A stretch of 64,000 nt of DNA from an uncultured SAR86 cluster bacterium. Lineage in GTDB: Bacteria > Pseudomonadota > Gammaproteobacteria > Magnimaribacterales > AG-339-G14. The stretch spans positions 148,038 through 212,037 of the forward strand of contig CACMKG010000002.1 of NCBI GenBank assembly GCA_902614235.1, written 5' to 3'. The translations under genes were made by a program, and so were the position numbers. Positions 58,986-64,000 of this stretch are shown piece by piece. Within the stretch, counting starts at the first letter, position 1; each line of letters opens with the position of its first letter. Below the pieces are notes generated by a model, which ran no database searches, was not told where the DNA came from, and worked only from the letters and a program-made list of their open reading frames with translations.

Positions 58986-60920
58986 TCAAACCTCCTTTGA
59001 TTTAATATTCTTATCTAAAAGTTTCGAAAAATCTTCTAGAGTTAAACTCCCCAAATCTTGACCTTTTCGTGCTCTTACGGAAACAGTATTATTTTCTATC
59101 TCCTTATCGCCCACTACCAACTGAAAAGGAATTCTTTGCATGGAGTGATCGCGGATTTTATAAGTGATTTTCTCATTCCTCAAGTCTAATTTCACTCTAA
59201 AGCCCTTTGATTTAAGTTTTTTGGCAATTTCTTTAGTTTTTTTAGCATGTTTGTCCGAAATATTCATAATAACGACCTGAATTGGGGATAACCATAAAGG
59301 AAAGTTTCCATCATATTCTTCTATAAGAATTCCTATAAACCTTTCAAAAGATCCTAATATTGCTCTATGCATCATTACTGGGCGATGCCTTACTCCATCT
59401 TCGCCAACAAAATTAGCTTCTAATCTCTCTGGCAGATTAAAGTCAGCTTGAAAAGTTCCACACTGCCATTCTCTATCTAACGCATCAGTTAAAACAAAAT
59501 CTAATTTGGGACCATAAAATGCCCCATCCCCTTCGGAAACTTCATAGGGAAGGTTTAGTTTTTTTATCGCATTTTCTAAAGCCGACTCTGCCTTGTCCCA
59601 GACTTTATCGGATCCAACCCTTACTTCTGGTCGAGTGGATAATTTTATGTCATATTTTTTAAAGCCCAAATCACTATAAATTTCAGAAAGCAGATTAATA
59701 AAATTTTTGGCTTCTTCTTCAATTTGGTCTTCTGTACAAAATATATGACCATCATCTTGGGTCATTTGTCTCACTCTCATCAAACCGTGAAGAGTCCCTG
59801 AAGCTTCATATCGGTGACACGAGCCAAATTCAGCCAACCTAATCGGCAGATCTCTATAAGATTTAATTCCCTGATTATAAACTTGCACATGGCATGGACA
59901 GTTCATTGGCTTCAAGGCATTGACTCTCTTTTCATTGGCATGCTCTTCGTCAATTTCAGTGATATACATGTTTTCTCGATATTTATCCCAATGCCCTGAT
60001 TTTTCCCAGAGCTTTCTATCTACTACTTGAGGAGTTTTTATTTCCTGATAACCAGCTTTGATTTGCTTGTCCCTAATATAATCTTCAAGGATTCTAAAAA
60101 TTGTCCAGCCTTTAGGATGCCAAAAGACCATTCCTGGTGCTTCCTCCTGAAAATGGAAGAGATCATATTTTTGACCTAATTTTCTATGATCTCTTTTCGA
60201 GGCTTCTTCAATATTATTTAAGTATTTTTTTAACTCTTTTTCACTATTCCATGCCGTCCCATAAATTCTTTGCAACATCTTATTTTTTGAATCGCCTCTC
60301 CAGTAAGCTCCTGCAATGTGAGTTAACTTAAAAGCTTTTATATGAGACATTGAATTCACATGAGGTCCCCTACACATATCAATATATTCGTCATGATAGT
60401 AGAGTCCAACTGTTTCATCTTCTTTGATTTCTTTTAATATTTCTAATTTATAAATTTCTTTTCTTTCTTTAAAAACTTTTACTGCTTCTTTTTTTGGAAC
60501 AACTTTTTTTATAACTCTATATTTAGTTTTGGCTAGATCTTTCATCTTTTTTTCTATCTTTTCTAAATCTTCCTGAGAAAGTGAATGATCTAAATCGATA
60601 TCGTAATAAAAACCGTTTTCAATAATTGGACCAATTGCCATTTTTGCTTCAGGAAAAATTTGTTTCAAAGCATGACCAAATAGGTGGGCGCAACTATGTC
60701 TGATAATTTCTATGCCTTCATGGTCTTGATCTCTAATAATTTCGACCGAACAGTCGCTTTCTAATAAATCAACCGCATCAACTAAATTTCCGTTAACTTT
60801 GCCAGCAACAGTTGCCTTAGCTAAGCCAGCGCCAATAGATTTAGACAAATCTTCTACGGAAATAGGATTTTCAAAGGTTTTAATGGAGCTATCAGGAAGA
60901 GTAATATTAATCATTTTCAT
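58986..60920 (-). CDS. thrS: Threonine--tRNA ligase
   Basis: TGS domain, editing domain (HSCAHL), class II core (CRGPH, FRYE-like HRYEASG), and an anticodon-binding domain; 644 aa. Confidence 0.97.
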   Translation of the reverse strand: MKMINITLPDSSIKTFENPISVEDLSKSIGAGLAKATVAGKVNGNLVDAVDLLESDCSVEIIRDQDHEGIEIIRHSCAHLFGHALKQIFPEAKMAIGPIIENGFYYDIDLDHSLSQEDLEKIEKKMKDLAKTKYRVIKKVVPKKEAVKVFKERKEIYKLEILKEIKEDETVGLYYHDEYIDMCRGPHVNSMSHIKAFKLTHIAGAYWRGDSKNKMLQRIYGTAWNSEKELKKYLNNIEEASKRDHRKLGQKYDLFHFQEEAPGMVFWHPKGWTIFRILEDYIRDKQIKAGYQEIKTPQVVDRKLWEKSGHWDKYRENMYITEIDEEHANEKRVNALKPMNCPCHVQVYNQGIKSYRDLPIRLAEFGSCHRYEASGTLHGLMRVRQMTQDDGHIFCTEDQIEEEAKNFINLLSEIYSDLGFKKYDIKLSTRPEVRVGSDKVWDKAESALENAIKKLNLPYEVSEGDGAFYGPKLDFVLTDALDREWQCGTFQADFNLPERLEANFVGEDGVRHRPVMMHRAILGSFERFIGILIEEYDGNFPLWLSPIQVVIMNISDKHAKKTKEIAKKLKSKGFRVKLDLRNEKITYKIRDHSMQRIPFQLVVGDKEIENNTVSVRARKGQDLGSLTLEDFSKLLDKNIKSKEV

Positions 60921-60938
60921 GGCCTATACGAACGGCCA
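60920..60938 (-). promoter_or_regulatory. Hairpin at the thrS start resembling a tRNA-Thr anticodon arm (candidate ThrRS translational operator)
   Basis: Minus strand: UGGCC-G[UUCGUAU]A-GGCCA, where the final A is the A of the first AUG. The stem is 5 bp. The central 7 nt match the anticodon-loop pattern U32-U33-N34-G35-U36-A37 with a CGU triplet. Confidence 0.45.
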
Positions 60939-60959
60939 AGTAATATTATAACTTATCCT

Positions 60960-61565
60960 TCAGGGAGATAAAAAGGAACTTTCCCAAGTATTGTCGTCTT
61001 TTTTAATGTATTTTTGTCTTTGGTGAGTCCTAAAATCGCCCTCTTTCCAAAGCTCAATAGAATTTGGTTTCACCAAATATAATCCACAATGCTCTGGCCT
61101 GATTGGATTTTCTTTATTTAGTTCAAATCGCTCAGTCAAATCATCTATTTCTTTTTGCAAAATTTCATAAGAATCAATTTTCTCGCTTTGTTGTGAGACT
61201 ATCGCTGCGACTCTTGACTTAAGAGGTCTAGAATTAAAATATTCATCGGATTTTTCTTCAGAAAGTATTTCTACCTCTCCTTCTATCCTTATTTGCTCTT
61301 GGAGCTCTCTCCACCAAAAATTTACTGATATAAATTTATTACCTTTTAAATCTTGACCCTTTTTACTATTAAAGTTTGTATAAAAGACTAAACCATCATC
61401 ATTTATTTTTTTCAATAAAACCATTCTTGAACTTGGCATGTTTTTATCGCTGACTGTCGCAATATTCATAGCGTTCCAATCTGTTAAATTTAATTTTTCA
61501 GATTTTTTAAGTATTTCTGCGACCTTTGCCAAAGGCAAAGTTTTTATATTTTGTTCAATGATCAA
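60960..61565 (-). CDS. pdxH: Pyridoxamine 5'-phosphate oxidase
   Basis: PSSRMVLLK, FYTNFNSKKG, and a C-terminal WR pattern; 201 aa. Confidence 0.9.
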   Translation of the reverse strand: MIIEQNIKTLPLAKVAEILKKSEKLNLTDWNAMNIATVSDKNMPSSRMVLLKKINDDGLVFYTNFNSKKGQDLKGNKFISVNFWWRELQEQIRIEGEVEILSEEKSDEYFNSRPLKSRVAAIVSQQSEKIDSYEILQKEIDDLTERFELNKENPIRPEHCGLYLVKPNSIELWKEGDFRTHQRQKYIKKDDNTWESSFLSP

Positions 61566-61566
61566 T

Positions 61567-62034
61567 TTATTTTCTTAAAACCCAATAATCCAAAGAGAAA
61601 TATTTTCCTGGACCAAAAACAAGGATAACTAAAAGCATTAAAATGTAAGTAACTGACATTTCTATTCCATTGGCATCTGCATTCCAACCATTTGGTAAAT
61701 GATAATAAGCAGCGACCAACATGGTAAAAATTAGCGGAATAGCAATCCATCTAGAAAACAAGCCAACTAATAGCAAAATAGCTCCTCCAGCTTCAGCCAA
61801 AACTGCAAGCCAACCAAAAAAATGAGGTAAGATAAAATTTAGGTTATCCTGCCCTCCGGGACCCAAAAAACCTGCGAATCTGTCAATATTAGGAAATCCA
61901 CCCTCCCATTTAATTTTTCCATATCCAGCAAACCAAAATACGTAAGCTAAATAAAGTCTAAAAGACAACAAGACCAAAAAATCGAAGGCGTTAAGATTTA
62001 GTAATCTTTGATTAAAGGTTTTTAAAAAATTCAT
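61567..62034 (-). CDS. DoxX family membrane protein
   Basis: 4-TM profile with RLYLAYVFWFAGYGK and AEAGGAILLLVGLFSRW; 155 aa. Confidence 0.78.
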   Translation of the reverse strand: MNFLKTFNQRLLNLNAFDFLVLLSFRLYLAYVFWFAGYGKIKWEGGFPNIDRFAGFLGPGGQDNLNFILPHFFGWLAVLAEAGGAILLLVGLFSRWIAIPLIFTMLVAAYYHLPNGWNADANGIEMSVTYILMLLVILVFGPGKYFSLDYWVLRK

Positions 62035-62048
62035 TACTCAAAATATCA

Positions 62049-62780
62049 TTATTTATGTTTTTTTTCCAACTCCTCATATGCTTCTTGTATTTCGATAAAC
62101 TTAATTTTTGCTTTTTCGATTAATTCTTCTGGTAACCCCTTTGATATCAACATATCCGGATGAAATTCCTTTCTTTTCTTTAAATAAATCTGTCTAATTT
62201 CTGAAAAGCTCATATTTTTATTCACACCCAATACTTGATAATGATCTATTATGTTAGAAACATATTTTTCGTAGAGGTCTTTGAAAGTATTTAATGGAAG
62301 TTTAAAAATATTTGGAGCCTTTTTAAGAATTTTTTCTTCGGCTGGGTGCAACTCTCCATCTGCCATGGCTAATTCAAATAACAATTCGTAGAAGATCAAT
62401 AAAGAATTAGGACTTTGTTTAAGGAGTGAATAAAGTTGCTCAGCATAAGCCTCAAAAGAAACATTATCATCTTTGGCTTTTTGAAAGATATTAATTGCAA
62501 AATTTCTTTGCTCTTTGTCCAAGTTAAATTTAGTAGAAATAAATTCTTCTATTTTGCTAACTTCCTCTTTGCTTACTACTCCGTCAGCCTTAGAAATCTT
62601 TGCAAAACAAGCAAAAAGAGCAGCAAAAAATGCCACTTGATGATCGAAGTTATTTGGATTTCTTCTGCGCGTCCTGTTTTCTGACATTCTTGAGCCAACC
62701 ACACTTCCAACCAGTGCTCCAATAGGCCCTAACAAGGTAAATCCTACAAATCCTCCAACTATGCCGCCAAATAAACTCAT
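62049..62780 (-). CDS. djlA: Co-chaperone DjlA (N-terminal TM, TerB-like domain, C-terminal J domain)
   Basis: Gly-rich TM segment (GGIVGGFVGFTLLGPIGALVG), a TerB-like middle, and a J domain (YQVLGV...KEFHPD). Confidence 0.85.
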   Translation of the reverse strand: MSLFGGIVGGFVGFTLLGPIGALVGSVVGSRMSENRTRRRNPNNFDHQVAFFAALFACFAKISKADGVVSKEEVSKIEEFISTKFNLDKEQRNFAINIFQKAKDDNVSFEAYAEQLYSLLKQSPNSLLIFYELLFELAMADGELHPAEEKILKKAPNIFKLPLNTFKDLYEKYVSNIIDHYQVLGVNKNMSFSEIRQIYLKKRKEFHPDMLISKGLPEELIEKAKIKFIEIQEAYEELEKKHK

Positions 62781-62857
62781 AAATGTATTTAAATTATAAA
62801 AAAAATTTGTTTCAATGTTATCTTAAACATAAATATTTTCATGGGGGAAATAAAAAT

Positions 62858-63259
62858 ATGTTACCTGCGGTCGATTACTTAATAGTTCCAGATAAAGGCG
62901 ATCCTTATTTAGAGGGTCATAAGTGCAATGTTTGTGGGGCAATGTTCTTAGGCGAAAGAACGGTTTGCTCAAAATGTTTTGCCAGAGATAAGATGTCAAA
63001 AGTAAAATTAAGCAACAATGGCACCCTTTATTCTTACTCTATCGTATACAGATCATTTCCAGGGATTGATGTTCCTTACATATCTGCTCTTGTTGATTTG
63101 GAGGATGGTGGAACGGTTAAAGGTAACTTAATAAATGTTGAACCAGATCCAGAAAATGTTGATTTTGGTATGAAAGTTAAAGTTGTCTATGGAGACGCTT
63201 TGGGTAGAAAAGATAAAGATGGAAATTCTTATATGAGTTATTTTTTTGAACCTGCATAG
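62858..63259 (+). CDS. Zn-ribbon/OB-fold protein (DUF35 family), partner of the downstream thiolase
   Basis: Rubredoxin-like CNVCG...CSKC, then an OB fold (GTLYSYSIVY...ALVDLEDGGTVKGNL). I place the start at ATG 62858, which has a GGGGGA SD 8 nt upstream, rather than at the track start 62783. Confidence 0.75.
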   Translation: MLPAVDYLIVPDKGDPYLEGHKCNVCGAMFLGERTVCSKCFARDKMSKVKLSNNGTLYSYSIVYRSFPGIDVPYISALVDLEDGGTVKGNLINVEPDPENVDFGMKVKVVYGDALGRKDKDGNSYMSYFFEPA

Positions 63260-63285
63260 GTTTTGATTTAGAAAGGAGAAAAATT

Positions 63286-64000
63286 ATGAGTGATGTATAT
63301 GTTTTAGGAGTAGATATGATTAAGTTTGGAAGATTTCCAGACCGAACAGTTCCAAATATTGGCGCCGAGGCGGCTTTAATGGCTTTAGATGATGCTGGCC
63401 TTTCTATTAAAGACATGCAAGCAATGTACTGCGGAAACCTTGGTCAAGCAAATGCTATGGTTGGACAAAGAATTCTTCAAGAAATAGGGCAAACAGGTAT
63501 TCCTGTCGTTAATTGTGCAAATGCTTGTGCCACTGGAGCCACAGCTTTCAGAGAAGCTTGGATGTCAATAAAAGCTGGCATGTATGACGTTGTTTTAGCA
63601 GTCGGTGTTGAGCAAATGGGCAAAGGCCTTTTGGGAGGAACTGGCGGAGGAGATGGCATTCCAAAAGAAGGACTGCTTGGCTCTGGGACTATGCCTTGTG
63701 TTTTTGCTGAAGCAGGCATGGAACACTCAAGCAAGTACGGAACTACTTTTGAGCAATTCGCTAAAATTTCAGTTAAAAATCATCATCACTCAACTTTAAA
63801 CCCAAAAGCTATGTATCAGATTGAAACTCCTTTGGACGACGTAATGAATGCGGAAATGATTTCTTATCCTAATACAAAATTGATGTGTTCTGTTAATGTC
63901 GATGGTTCTGCGGCGGCGGTTTTGGTATCTGAAAAAAAAGCAAAAGAGCTTGGAATGCAGCGAGCAATTAAAGTCAGAGCATCTGCTCTTGCTAGTGATC
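63286..64000 (+). CDS. SCP2-type thiolase (acetyl-CoA C-acyltransferase family), N-terminal part (runs off right edge)
   Basis: Own translation: MSDVYVLGVDMIKFGRFPD...VVNCANACATGATAFREAW (nucleophilic Cys present)...VGVEQMGK. SD AAAGGAGA lies 6 nt upstream. It is open at the window edge. Confidence 0.85.
   Translation, partial: MSDVYVLGVDMIKFGRFPDRTVPNIGAEAALMALDDAGLSIKDMQAMYCGNLGQANAMVGQRILQEIGQTGIPVVNCANACATGATAFREAWMSIKAGMYDVVLAVGVEQMGKGLLGGTGGGDGIPKEGLLGSGTMPCVFAEAGMEHSSKYGTTFEQFAKISVKNHHHSTLNPKAMYQIETPLDDVMNAEMISYPNTKLMCSVNVDGSAAAVLVSEKKAKELGMQRAIKVRASALASD

Noticed and set aside
62783-62857. The ORF track proposes a 25-aa N-terminal extension (MYLNYKKNLFQCYLKHKYFHGGNKN) of the DUF35 protein.
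   Set aside because: That start would begin 2 nt from the divergent djlA start, with no SD. ATG 62858 has a GGGGGA SD, and the conserved Zn-ribbon starts right after it.

Overview
This is a visibly AT-rich, extremely gene-dense stretch of bacterial chromosome. I call 72 protein genes (2 run off the window edges) and one tRNA-Pro(GGG). I see no rRNA, CRISPR array, IS element, prophage or obvious defence island. Content is mostly housekeeping: rpoE, ung, serA, argF, glpK, nrdAB, mdh, lysS, prfB, thrC, hom, xerD, dsbC, rpsP-rimM-trmD-rplS, groESL, ampG/ampD, ispH, lspA, ileS, ribF, murJ, pdxB, thrS-infC-rpmI-rplT-pheST-ihfA, pdxH and djlA. Gene order and the long NrdB N-terminus resemble Pseudomonas-type gammaproteobacteria. 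Together with the low GC and tiny spacers, this suggests a streamlined marine gammaproteobacterium (inference only). About 80% of the genes lie on the minus strand, in three head-to-tail arrays with near-zero spacers. Regulatory signals I can read directly include tandem NrdR boxes, DnaA boxes, the prfB +1 frameshift site, sigma-E and sigma-32 promoters, a ROSE-like hairpin and a tRNA-Thr anticodon-arm mimic at the thrS start. I found no clear-cut undescribed multi-gene system. The best candidates for unexplored biology are:
- an LvaC/LvaA/LvaB-like 4-hydroxyacyl-CoA module fused onto the lysS array
- a thiolase-fold protein without the catalytic Cys or His, paired with an MFE-2-type SDR
- a nucleotidyltransferase-cupin fusion coupled to tusA
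- an orphan two-gene cassette (secreted plus cytoplasmic protein)
- an inverted DnaA-box cluster in the only long spacer
- several domain losses or gains in core proteins (PheT, MurJ, S16)
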